Origin: an uncultured bacterium
GTDB lineage: Bacteria; Hydrogenedentota; Hydrogenedentia; Hydrogenedentales; JAEUWI01
Length of the DNA stretch: 32,047 nucleotides
Direction of reading: 5' to 3'
Assembly (NCBI GenBank): GCA_963977445.1
Contig: CAXBPH010000054.1
Location: 1-32,047 of the forward strand
The notes beneath the pieces were generated by a model. That model had not been told where the DNA came from. It did not search any database and worked only from the letters and a program-made list of their open reading frames with translations. This document shows positions 1-8,402 of this stretch, in pieces (the first letter of the stretch is position 1; the number at the start of each line of letters is the position of its first letter). Made by a program: the position numbers and the translations under genes.

Positions 1-1
1 C

Positions 2-958
2 GTCTTCTGCGAAAAGCCCCTGACCCACGAAGTCTATGAGGCACGCGTAGTCACTGAAGCCGCTCACAAGGCGGGCGTAGTCACCCAGATGGGCAACCAG
101 ATCCACTCCCACCCCTTCTATCGTGCTGCGGTGAAATTGGTAAAAGACGGCGCAATCGGAAAAGTGAAAGAATGGCATTCCTGGAGTGGGGCCATCTTCA
201 CGACACCCGACAAGAAGTTTCCGGCCGGTACCGATCCGATTCCCGAAAATGTCGATTGGAACCTCTGGTGTGGCACTGCCCCCTTGATTCCCTACAAAGA
301 CAAAGAATTTCATCCCTTCTGGTGGCGTCGTTATCGTGACTATGGTGGTGGTGCGGTTGGTGACTTCGGTTGTCACATCTTTGATCCGGTCTATTCCGCC
401 CTGGGCGTGGTCGCGCCCACGTCGATTACCGCCCATGCGGAAAGTTACAGCGAAGAAGTACACCCGGGATGGACCATCGCCAACTACCTGTTTCCTGGCA
501 CCGAGATGACCGCCTACGACACGATTTGTGCCTCCTGGCGTGATGGTGGCCTTAAGCCGGACAAGAAATTGTCCCCCCATTTCGCAGATGACTATGAGTT
601 CCCGCCGAGCGGCTCCATGCTGATTGGTGAAGAAGGTACCTTGGTTATTCCTCACGTTGGAAAACCCCAGTTGCATCCAGTGGCCGATTTCGAGAATTAT
701 CCCATTCCGGAATTCGAAGACCGGAGCCACTACCACGAGTTTGTCAACGTTTGCCTTGGCAACGGTGGCACCACGGGTTCCAACTTCGACTTCGCGGGCC
801 CCATGGCCGAAGCCGTATTGCTCGCCAATATTGCTAACCGACTTCCTGGTCAGGCGTTGGAGTGGAATGCGAAGCGTTGCAAGTTCACGAACAACAAAGA
901 TGCCAATAAGCTGCTGATGCGTAAGTATCGCGACGGATTTGAAGTGCGCGGGCTTTAA
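2..958 (+). CDS. Gfo/Idh/MocA family NAD(P)-dependent oxidoreductase, 5'-truncated by the window edge
   Basis: The frame is open from base 2 ([11 protein letters not shown]...VTQMGNQ), giving the family CEKP and QMGxQ motifs. It also has DWNLWCG, WR...[15 protein letters not shown] and a typical C-terminus (LEWN...[17 protein letters not shown]). The ORF-track ATG at 89 is internal. Confidence 0.93.
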   Translation, partial: VFCEKPLTHEVYEARVVTEAAHKAGVVTQMGNQIHSHPFYRAAVKLVKDGAIGKVKEWHSWSGAIFTTPDKKFPAGTDPIPENVDWNLWCGTAPLIPYKDKEFHPFWWRRYRDYGGGAVGDFGCHIFDPVYSALGVVAPTSITAHAESYSEEVHPGWTIANYLFPGTEMTAYDTICASWRDGGLKPDKKLSPHFADDYEFPPSGSMLIGEEGTLVIPHVGKPQLHPVADFENYPIPEFEDRSHYHEFVNVCLGNGGTTGSNFDFAGPMAEAVLLANIANRLPGQALEWNAKRCKFTNNKDANKLLMRKYRDGFEVRGL

Positions 959-984
959 GTTTTGCACCGCCCTTAAGGATATAC

Positions 985-1020
985 GCCTGCGCTGTCGTTC
1001 GGATAGCGCAGGCCTTTTTA
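985..1020 (+). terminator. Rho-independent terminator-like hairpin
   Basis: 12-bp stem GCCTGCGCTGTC / GATAGCGCAGGC (one G-U pair), loop GTTCG, followed by CTTTTTA. It starts 26 nt after the stop at 958. Confidence 0.75.
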
Positions 1021-1037
1021 TTAGAGGAGACGTTTCG

Positions 1038-1763
1038 ATGATTATGATACGCAGTCTATTTATTCTTTGCCTCATGGCAAGTCTGTCCGCCGTTGGTGAA
1101 GCGACCAGCGCCGGGCAATTTGTTGACCTCTTCAATGGGAAGGATCTCACCGGCTGGGTGGATGTTAATACCAGCCCGGAAACGTGGCGCGTGGAAGATG
1201 GCCTCCTCATCTGTAAAGGGCTGCCCATCGGCGTCATGCGCAGTGAGAAGCAGTATGAAAACTTCGTGCTCCATGTAGAATGGCGTCATATGGAAGCGGG
1301 CGGTAATTCCGGCTGCTTCATCTGGAGTGAAGGCACCGTGCCCGAAGGAAGTCAGTTGCCCAAAGGAATGGAAGTTCAGATGCTGGAGCTGGAGTGGCCC
1401 AATATAAATCGGAAGGCCGACGGAACGCCTAACCCCATTGCCTATGTTCACGGCGAATTGTTTGGTGCCAATGGACTCAAGACCACACCCGACAATCCCC
1501 GGGGCGAGCGGAGCATGTCGGTGGAGAACCGGTGCCTCGGAAAAGGGGAATGGAACTACTACGACGTGGTGGCGGTCGATGGTGTGGTGAAGCTTTCCGT
1601 CAATGGTAAATTTGTCAATGGTGTGAGTCAGGCATCGATTAAAAAGGGGTACCTTTGTCTGGAATCGGAAGGGGCGGAAATTCACTTTCGCAAAATACAG
1701 ATTATGGAATTGCCGCCCGGTGTAACCACCCCGGAGCAAACCGCACCATTGGTGATCGAGTAG
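1038..1763 (+). CDS. DUF1080 (3-keto-disaccharide hydrolase family) protein, exported
   Basis: SD GAGGAG at 1024-1029 precedes ATG 1038. Signal-peptide-like N-terminus. Motifs [35 protein letters not shown] and [17 protein letters not shown]. Confidence 0.9.
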   Translation: MIMIRSLFILCLMASLSAVGEATSAGQFVDLFNGKDLTGWVDVNTSPETWRVEDGLLICKGLPIGVMRSEKQYENFVLHVEWRHMEAGGNSGCFIWSEGTVPEGSQLPKGMEVQMLELEWPNINRKADGTPNPIAYVHGELFGANGLKTTPDNPRGERSMSVENRCLGKGEWNYYDVVAVDGVVKLSVNGKFVNGVSQASIKKGYLCLESEGAEIHFRKIQIMELPPGVTTPEQTAPLVIE

Positions 1764-1846
1764 GTCATCCTACCCCGCAACTCCGATATGAATCGCGCAG
1801 CGTGCTCCCTGTAGTAAGAGCGTTTTAAAAGAAGGGTATTCGATTG

Positions 1847-3184
1847 ATGTTATCTCCTGTTTTGCTGCTTGCAGCACTCCTTGGTACTGCCCAGGTTTCG
1901 CCTCTGATGAATGCCATGCCAATCCAGGTCGCCGAATCGTGGAATGTGGATGTCGGTCCGGGAACGGTTGTGATAGATGGTGCCGAGCTTGCCCTGGTCG
2001 ATCCGGTTCGATTGGTGGTCACAGCTCCCGAATCGGTTTCGGTAAACGGCGAGGAATACATCTTGCCCCTCTTCGACCCCAAGGCGGGGGGGTGGAGAAA
2101 GGGTTCGCGATTGAAACCCCTCATTGCTCAGGAGTGCTCTGCCACCGGGTTGTTGCAGCCCGAGACCGTGGTGGTGCGGCCCGCAGCCGGTGGTGACCCC
2201 TATGTACTCGGCACGGACTACGACATGGATGGCCTCTGGGCAACGGTCGGTCGACTGGAGGAGGGCGCGATTGGGGCCGATGAAACCGTCCTCATCGACT
2301 ACACCTACGGCCCCGCACGACTCGATAGCATCGTCGTAAACGGACAGGGGCAGGTTCGCCTGATCAACGGGACGGCCGGCCAGGGTTTTGATTCGCCGCC
2401 AGCAGGACAATCTGACGAACACCGAATCGCCACCGTCTGGAACCCCGGTAATCTGGAGGGGCTCACCGATGAAAATTTGTTCGCCATCGAAATGACCGCC
2501 ACCGAGCCGACACCTCCGGAGTATTCTGTGGCCGAGAAATTACTATCCAAGACTCTGGCCAAGCTTGAGGCGGGCGAACCCGTCTTGATTGTGGCTTGGG
2601 GCGACAGTGTGAGCGCGGGCGGCGGCGTAGGCAGCAACACCGATGCCTGGTATCAAAATGCGTTTCACACGCGCCTCCAGGCACGCTACCCCAAGTCCGA
2701 AATTACGCTCATAACCGCAGCGTGGCCCGGTCGCGGAAGTCGCAACTATATTGAGTCGCCCGCAGGCAGCGAGCACGATTTCCAGCGGGATGTCCTCGAC
2801 CGGAAGCCCGATCTGGTGACCCTGGAGTGGGTGAACGACGCCTACCTCAAAGACGATGCCCTCATGGCGCATTACACGATGATTCTGGAGCGCCTCCAGG
2901 GTGCCGGTGCGGAAGCGCTACTGCTTACGCCCCACCTGGTGCGTCCCGATTGGATGGGCGTGTCTACCCTGAAATTTGACGCGGATCCCCGCCCCTATGT
3001 GCAGGGCTTACATCGCTTCGCCGAAGCGAAAAGCGTCGCCCTTGCCGATGGTGCACAGCGTTGGTGTAACTTGTGGCGTCAAGGCATACCCTATCCGACC
3101 TTGCTGGCCAATGCCATCAACCATCCCGATGTTCGGGGTCACGCCCTGTTGGCCGACGCGCTACTGGCCGTGTTTCCTGAATAA
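1847..3184 (+). CDS. SGNH/GDSL hydrolase with signal peptide and an uncharacterised N-terminal domain
   Basis: Block I AWGDSVS, block II WPGRGS, block III LVTLEWVND, block V NAINHP. About 230 aa of non-catalytic N-terminal region. Start may be TTG 1844 or ATG 1847. Confidence 0.85.
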   Translation: MLSPVLLLAALLGTAQVSPLMNAMPIQVAESWNVDVGPGTVVIDGAELALVDPVRLVVTAPESVSVNGEEYILPLFDPKAGGWRKGSRLKPLIAQECSATGLLQPETVVVRPAAGGDPYVLGTDYDMDGLWATVGRLEEGAIGADETVLIDYTYGPARLDSIVVNGQGQVRLINGTAGQGFDSPPAGQSDEHRIATVWNPGNLEGLTDENLFAIEMTATEPTPPEYSVAEKLLSKTLAKLEAGEPVLIVAWGDSVSAGGGVGSNTDAWYQNAFHTRLQARYPKSEITLITAAWPGRGSRNYIESPAGSEHDFQRDVLDRKPDLVTLEWVNDAYLKDDALMAHYTMILERLQGAGAEALLLTPHLVRPDWMGVSTLKFDADPRPYVQGLHRFAEAKSVALADGAQRWCNLWRQGIPYPTLLANAINHPDVRGHALLADALLAVFPE

Positions 3185-3274
3185 TCACCGGTATAACTGG
3201 TTGCCAAACGCCTTTGGCCGCCTCCCTCAATAAATATAGCCCCAGCGTTGACCAACACACAGAAGGAAATTCAA

Positions 3275-4531
3275 ATGTCCGATTCTGAGAAACAACATTC
3301 AGGCCATTTCCTTGGCTTGAGCATCATGATGTTTGTGATCTTCTTCACTTGGGGGGCCTGGTTTGCAGGGATCGGGCGATTCATGAGCGAGGCCGGGATG
3401 GCTACGTCGATTGGCTGGGCCTATTCGACAACCCCCATTGCTGCTATCGTTACGCCCTTCTTCATCGGCATTATTGCCGACCGTTTCCTCAACGCGGAAA
3501 AACTTCAGGGCATTCTGCTCATACTGTCCAGTCTGTTTATAGCGGCAGCACCGAGCTTCGCGAAGGCCGAGACGGCGAACATCTTTCTCTTATTGCTCTT
3601 CGTTCATACCCTGTGTTTCATGCCCACCCTGAGCCTTTCCAACACCATCGCCTTGAAACATCTGAAGGATTCAGAAAAGGACTTTCCACGGATTGCCCTC
3701 TTCCGTACTTTCGGCTGGATTGCGGCGGGCCTGTCGATCAGTTTCATTTTCCGCTTTGACACCTCCGCCAGCCAGTGCTATGTTGCAGCGGCGGCAGCGC
3801 TGGTGGCCGGTATCTATTCCTTCTTCCTGCCCGCCACCCCACCCGCAGGAAGCGACGAAAAAGTGTCTCTCGGCGATATGGTCGGGGCCGGAACCTTTCG
3901 CTATTTCCGCGTATTCTCCTTCGCGGTCTTTATGGTCATCTCCCTGCTGATTTGCGTGGCCTTCATGCCCTATTGGGCGAACCTGTCGACCTTCCTGGGC
4001 GTCGCAGGTATCGACAAGACCACCGCTTTTCAAACCTGGGGCCAGGTGGCGGAAATTCCCGTCCTGTTTATCGTGCTTCCCCTCTTCTTAAAGAAGTTCG
4101 GCATCAAATGGACCTTTGCCGTCGGTATCGTCTGTTGGATTGCCCGTTATTATGCGTTCTCGGCGTCTGCCGGACTGCTCGCCGATGGTGCCGCGAGTGC
4201 AAACATGGTTATGCCCCTGCTCCTCGTCGGGGTCTTGCTACACGGGTTCTCCTACGACTTCGTGTTTATCTCCGGCTTTCTCTATGTCGACAAACACGTA
4301 GACGAGAAGGTGCGCGCCCAGGCCCAGGGACTACTCACCGTGTTTACCCAAGGTATTGCCTTTCTTATCAGTTCGCAGCTCTTCGCGGGCTACTACTTCA
4401 GCAAGGTGGTCACAGATACCGGGAATTTCACTCAGTGGAAAGAATTCTGGCTCTTACCCATTGCCTACCTGATTGTGGTGCTGATTATTTTCGTAGCCCT
4501 CTTCAAAGACAAGAAGCCCGTTGAAGTCTGA
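3275..4531 (+). CDS. MFS transporter, nucleoside:H+ symporter (NupG/XapB/YegT-like) family
   Basis: SD AAGGA precedes ATG 3275. About 12 hydrophobic segments. Motifs FFTWGAW, GIIADRF, FMPTLSLSN, FPRI..F.TFGWI, GQVAEI, LLHGFSYDF, YVD...RAQAQG. Confidence 0.9.
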   Translation: MSDSEKQHSGHFLGLSIMMFVIFFTWGAWFAGIGRFMSEAGMATSIGWAYSTTPIAAIVTPFFIGIIADRFLNAEKLQGILLILSSLFIAAAPSFAKAETANIFLLLLFVHTLCFMPTLSLSNTIALKHLKDSEKDFPRIALFRTFGWIAAGLSISFIFRFDTSASQCYVAAAAALVAGIYSFFLPATPPAGSDEKVSLGDMVGAGTFRYFRVFSFAVFMVISLLICVAFMPYWANLSTFLGVAGIDKTTAFQTWGQVAEIPVLFIVLPLFLKKFGIKWTFAVGIVCWIARYYAFSASAGLLADGAASANMVMPLLLVGVLLHGFSYDFVFISGFLYVDKHVDEKVRAQAQGLLTVFTQGIAFLISSQLFAGYYFSKVVTDTGNFTQWKEFWLLPIAYLIVVLIIFVALFKDKKPVEV

Positions 4532-4640
4532 ATTGTACAATACGCGCCAGAAAGCGATGGAACGTTCTTTATCTTCGATACATTGGAGCACGAGGATGTA
4601 AGCTGAGCCAAACGGCGTCGTAACGCAACGTATATCGACT

Positions 4641-4683
4641 AACACGCCGGAGATGGGCCAATCTCCGGCGTGTTCGTTTATTT
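4641..4683 (+). terminator. Perfect 14-bp inverted repeat, probable terminator after the MFS gene
   Basis: AACACGCCGGAGAT-gggcca-ATCTCCGGCGTGTT (4641-4674), followed by CGTTTATTT. Confidence 0.65.
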
Positions 4684-4774
4684 GATTAGCCACGTTGGAG
4701 GAGGTCGGTGGGCCAGCTCAGCGAGGTAAATGGGTGAGAGGAATAGCGAAGATGAGCTGAAAAAGTACGTTAGC

Positions 4775-4803
4775 TTGACTTTCTATACCGAATCATCTAG
4801 ACT
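4775..4803 (+). promoter_or_regulatory. Sigma70-type promoter for the czc operon (probably leaderless transcript)
   Basis: -35 TTGACT (4775-4780), 17-bp spacer, -10 TAGACT (4798-4803). Each box matches 5/6 and 4/6 of the consensus respectively, keeping the conserved TA---T. ATG 4811 lies 7 nt downstream with no SD. Confidence 0.7.
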
Positions 4804-4810
4804 CTGCGCC

Positions 4811-5218
4811 ATGCGTGTGATATCTACGATAGTTCTGATGATTTTTGTGGCGGCTTGGAGCCACACGATCGTTGAAGCTCATGATGCCAACGAAAGTTTC
4901 ACGCTGCATGTACATGACGAGCATCACGACTACATTGCAGAAGCGCCTAAAGCGGGGGCTCCATTTGTTCCTGTATTGAGAGAAAAGAGTGATTCTGGCT
5001 CTGATCATCACGACCACGATGCGCATGGGCATTTCTCGACCACGAGCGTGCGGAATACAACTCCGGTTATAGTTGCACCACTTCCCCTCACAGGGATCTT
5101 TATCCTCTTCCAAAGTTGGATTGGCGCAAGCCCAGCGGGTTTGACCGTCAATCGCGAATCGACCGTACAGAGTTCGCTAAAGCCAACAGGATTACCCACG
5201 ACCGTCCTCCGTCGTTGA
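4811..5218 (+). CDS. Small His-rich protein with signal-like N-terminus (CzcI-like position), 135 aa
   Basis: Hydrophobic N-terminus MRVISTIVLMIFVAAW. 11 His, 9 of them in two clusters (HVHDEHH, DHHDHDAHGH). Pro-rich C-terminus ending TTVLRR. Lies directly upstream of czcC. The upstream ATG at 4730 precedes the promoter and is unlikely to be the start. Confidence 0.75.
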   Translation: MRVISTIVLMIFVAAWSHTIVEAHDANESFTLHVHDEHHDYIAEAPKAGAPFVPVLREKSDSGSDHHDHDAHGHFSTTSVRNTTPVIVAPLPLTGIFILFQSWIGASPAGLTVNRESTVQSSLKPTGLPTTVLRR

Positions 5219-5337
5219 GCCGTTAAACACGGTCCTTTCTTCAGGACACGTCTTCGGTTCACAAGCGTAAACACGCAACGTAATGGAATCGCAATCCTTG
5301 CATCCATTGCACCGACAATTACGGAGTGTCGTGCACT

Positions 5338-6831
5338 ATGCCTCCCCATTTTCTGGCATTTCTATGCCCATTCATAATCATTCTTGCTGGCACCACGTCC
5401 GCTCAAAATGCCTCACCAGCACAGTCCCAGGAGCCTCCTGACCTATCGGCAAACGTGGCCCTGGCGGATTGTCTCAGCTTGGTGCTGGAACACAGCCCTG
5501 AACTCGCCGTCTATGCCTGGGAGCCTCGAATGGCCGAGGCACGAACACTGCAGGCGGGTCTCCGCCCGAATCCCGAACTAAGCTTGGATGTCGAGGATAT
5601 CAGTTTCGGCGGACAGGGGGGCGAGTCTCGTTCTTCCTCGAGTGTAGCCTTGAATCCCACCACCGCACTGGGTTTTGGAATAGCGCGTGATCGAAATTCT
5701 GGAAACTCCGGCGGTTTAGATTCCGCGGAAATCACGTTAAGTCTATCCCAGCTCATCGAATTGGGGGGCAAACGCATGAAGCGCGTACGCCTTGCCCAAG
5801 GTGGTGAGCGCGTGGTGGATATGGACTATGAAGTACTTCGTGCGGAAGTGCTGACTTCCACCACCAGGGCCTTTTACGACGTGCTCCTTTTACAGCACCG
5901 ACTCGAAATGGCCACCTCTTTCGTGAAATTTGCGGAGGAGGCCCACGGTATTACCCAGGCACGTGTTCAGGCGGGCAAGATTTCGCCCCTGGAAGAGACC
6001 CGAAGTGATGTGGAACTCCAACTCCTCCACCTCGAAACGGAACACACCGAACACGAATTAGAAGCGGCGCGCATCCGGCTGGTGGCCCACTGGGGATCGA
6101 TCACGCCACATTTTGGGAAGGCGCTGGGCTCGTTAACCATACCGGCGAAGCCCGAGGACATGGACCGCTTTCTGGCAAAGATTGAAGCGTCACCCGATGT
6201 CCAGCGATGGACGGCCGAACGAGCACGACGGGAGTCGGCGCTCAGTTTGGAACGGGCACTCGGACGCCCTGACATCACAGTCACCGCAGGCCTTCGGACA
6301 ACCGGGACGGGTGGTGGCGGTGGGACTTCCGGATACGGACTTTCCACCATCGACGGTGCCGGTTTGTCGCGGGGACATAGCAGCACCGATGATCGGGACT
6401 ACAGTTTCCTCGTTGGCGTTTCGGTTCCGCTGCAGTTTTTTCATCGCAATCAAGGTCGAATACGTGAAGCTGAATACGCCGTAGAACGGTTATCCGATGA
6501 AGAGCGGGCGCTTCTGATTCGACTTAGGGCCGATGTGAGTGCGGAGTGGCAAACGCTGGCCGCCACCTACAACGAGGCAAGCACCCTCGATGAACAAATA
6601 TTGCCCAAAGCCCAGCAGGCTTTTGAGGCGACGCAGGAAGGGTACCGGCAGGGAAAATTCGGACTTTTGGACGTATTACTCAGCCAGCGCGCTCTATTTG
6701 AAGTGAAGAAAGAACTACTGGAGACCTATGCACGACACTACCGTGCGAAGGTGGAATTGGAACGTTACACCGGGCATTCCGCATACGTCGATACCGACGT
6801 GGCCAGCCCAATCGAGGAAGCCACACCATGA
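5338..6831 (+). CDS. czcC: TolC-family outer membrane factor of a heavy-metal RND system (CzcC-like)
   Basis: Signal peptide. Motifs QAGLRPNPEL, LSQLIELGGKR, RVQAGKISPLE, VSVPL.FF.RNQG, GYRQGKFGLLDVL.SQR. First gene of the C-B-A order. GGAG at 5323-5326. Confidence 0.9.
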   Translation: MPPHFLAFLCPFIIILAGTTSAQNASPAQSQEPPDLSANVALADCLSLVLEHSPELAVYAWEPRMAEARTLQAGLRPNPELSLDVEDISFGGQGGESRSSSSVALNPTTALGFGIARDRNSGNSGGLDSAEITLSLSQLIELGGKRMKRVRLAQGGERVVDMDYEVLRAEVLTSTTRAFYDVLLLQHRLEMATSFVKFAEEAHGITQARVQAGKISPLEETRSDVELQLLHLETEHTEHELEAARIRLVAHWGSITPHFGKALGSLTIPAKPEDMDRFLAKIEASPDVQRWTAERARRESALSLERALGRPDITVTAGLRTTGTGGGGGTSGYGLSTIDGAGLSRGHSSTDDRDYSFLVGVSVPLQFFHRNQGRIREAEYAVERLSDEERALLIRLRADVSAEWQTLAATYNEASTLDEQILPKAQQAFEATQEGYRQGKFGLLDVLLSQRALFEVKKELLETYARHYRAKVELERYTGHSAYVDTDVASPIEEATP

Positions 6832-8327
6832 GATTACTCAACATATTGCTCGGATTACTGCTGTTAATTACAGGCGGTGCAGCTTTTATCTACATTCTCA
6901 ATATGGAAGCCGCTCCGGTCGAGACGGAGGAACACGGAGTGGCCGCTCCGGCCGCCGAGTATGAGCGCGGCCCACATAATGGTCGGCTCCTCAAAAGTGG
7001 CGACCTTGAACTCGAAGTCACCATATTCGAAAGTGGTATTCCACCCGAATTCCACATATTTCCCTTCAGCGGGGGAGAGCCCCTTCCGCCAGAGGATGTG
7101 GATCTGACGATTACGTTGCACCGGTTCGGCGGGCGTGATGATGTTATCACCTTCGTAGAGCAAGACGATTATCTGCTCGGCCAACAGGAAGTCGTGGAGC
7201 CCCACTCATTCGATGTGGTTGTCAAGGGAACATTCGCTGGACAAACGCACGATTGGAAATTTCCAAGTTACGAAGGCCGCACCTCAATGACCGAAGAGGC
7301 TGCGCTTCAGTCCGGCGTGGAATTTGCCGTGGCGGGTCCCGTGAAGGTCAACGACTCCGTCGAGTTGCCTGGTGAGATCGCGTTGGACGCGGACCGGCTG
7401 GTACACATAACGCCCCGCCTTTCCGGGGTCGTTCGCGAGGTCAAAAAATCCCTGGGCGATACGGTGACAGAGGGCGAATTGCTGGCAGTTATTGATAGCA
7501 AGGAATTGGCGGACATAAAGAGCGAGTATCTGGCAGCGATCGAACGCCGGGATCTCGCACAGTCGCGGTTTAACATTGAGAGCGGACTGCGTGAGAAAAA
7601 AATTTCTGCGGAGCAGGAGTTTCTACAGGCCCGCCAGGTCCTCGCGGAGGCTGGGATAAACGTGCGAAGTGCGCGGCAGAAGCTCCAGGCGCTGGGGATT
7701 ACTGATGATGCCGTTGCCTCGGCCCAGAAGGAAGGCGATTCGTTCACCCGCTACGAACTCATTTCTCCCATCAACGGTACGGTTATCGAAAAACACCTGG
7801 CCGTCGGTGAAGCCGTTCAGGATACATCAGATTGCTTTGTGCTCGCGGACCTGAGCAACGTTTGGGTAAAGACCGTGGTCTATGCTGCGGATCTCAAGCA
7901 CGTTCGTGCAGGACAGCAGGCTATCGTCCATTCCACTGACCTGGATATCACGGCAGAGGGGATCGTTGCCTACATCGGTGATTTGGTTGGGCAGGAATCG
8001 CGGACGGCCCATGCCATTATCGAAATCCCCAATCCGGACAAGGTGTGGCGGCCCGGCCTCTATGTCACCGTGGATATATCCGATGACACCGAGTTGGAAC
8101 TTCCGATTGCGGTGCCAACCGACGCCATACAGGAATTTCGCGATTGGTCGGTGGTATTTATGCGGGACGGAGACTTGTATGAGATCTGCCCCGTGGAGAT
8201 CGGCCGCACCTTCGGGGAGTGGGTCGAGATCACTTCGGGCCTCGACCCCGGTGTGAGCTACGTCAGCAAGAACAGCTACCTCATCAAGGCCGATATCGAA
8301 AAGTCCGGCGCAACCCACGATCACTAA
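6828..8327 (+). CDS. czcB: RND periplasmic adaptor (CzcB-like)
   Basis: ATGA overlap with czcC. N-terminal membrane anchor, GPHNGRL N-domain, lipoyl/barrel motifs (PRLSGVVREV, SPINGTVIE, LADLSNVWV, WRPGLYV), C-terminal GATHDH. Confidence 0.92.
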   Translation: MRLLNILLGLLLLITGGAAFIYILNMEAAPVETEEHGVAAPAAEYERGPHNGRLLKSGDLELEVTIFESGIPPEFHIFPFSGGEPLPPEDVDLTITLHRFGGRDDVITFVEQDDYLLGQQEVVEPHSFDVVVKGTFAGQTHDWKFPSYEGRTSMTEEAALQSGVEFAVAGPVKVNDSVELPGEIALDADRLVHITPRLSGVVREVKKSLGDTVTEGELLAVIDSKELADIKSEYLAAIERRDLAQSRFNIESGLREKKISAEQEFLQARQVLAEAGINVRSARQKLQALGITDDAVASAQKEGDSFTRYELISPINGTVIEKHLAVGEAVQDTSDCFVLADLSNVWVKTVVYAADLKHVRAGQQAIVHSTDLDITAEGIVAYIGDLVGQESRTAHAIIEIPNPDKVWRPGLYVTVDISDDTELELPIAVPTDAIQEFRDWSVVFMRDGDLYEICPVEIGRTFGEWVEITSGLDPGVSYVSKNSYLIKADIEKSGATHDH

Positions 8328-8402
8328 TTAGAAAGTGAAGTTTTTCAATAGCCCTTTCCAAGTTCAAATTTATGAGTATCGACACACTCTAAGGATAAAA
8401 CC

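Noticed and set aside
939..1037. ORF-track N-terminal extensions (also 4730, 13594, 26412, 30147)
   Set aside because: They run through terminators, promoters or neighbouring genes. Downstream ATGs have better SD or promoter support.
4565..4640. Possible structured RNA or riboswitch (TCGATACATTG...CAACGTATATCGA enclosing GCC-aaac-GGC)
   Set aside because: The pairing is imperfect. I could not match NiCo, yybP-ykoY or hammerhead cores, and it lies upstream of both the terminator-like hairpin and the czc promoter. An Infernal/Rfam scan would settle it.
4714..4759. CAGCTCA...TGAGCTG inverted repeat upstream of the -35 box
   Set aside because: Only 7 bp with a 32-nt spacer; it could arise by chance, and no cognate regulator is nearby.
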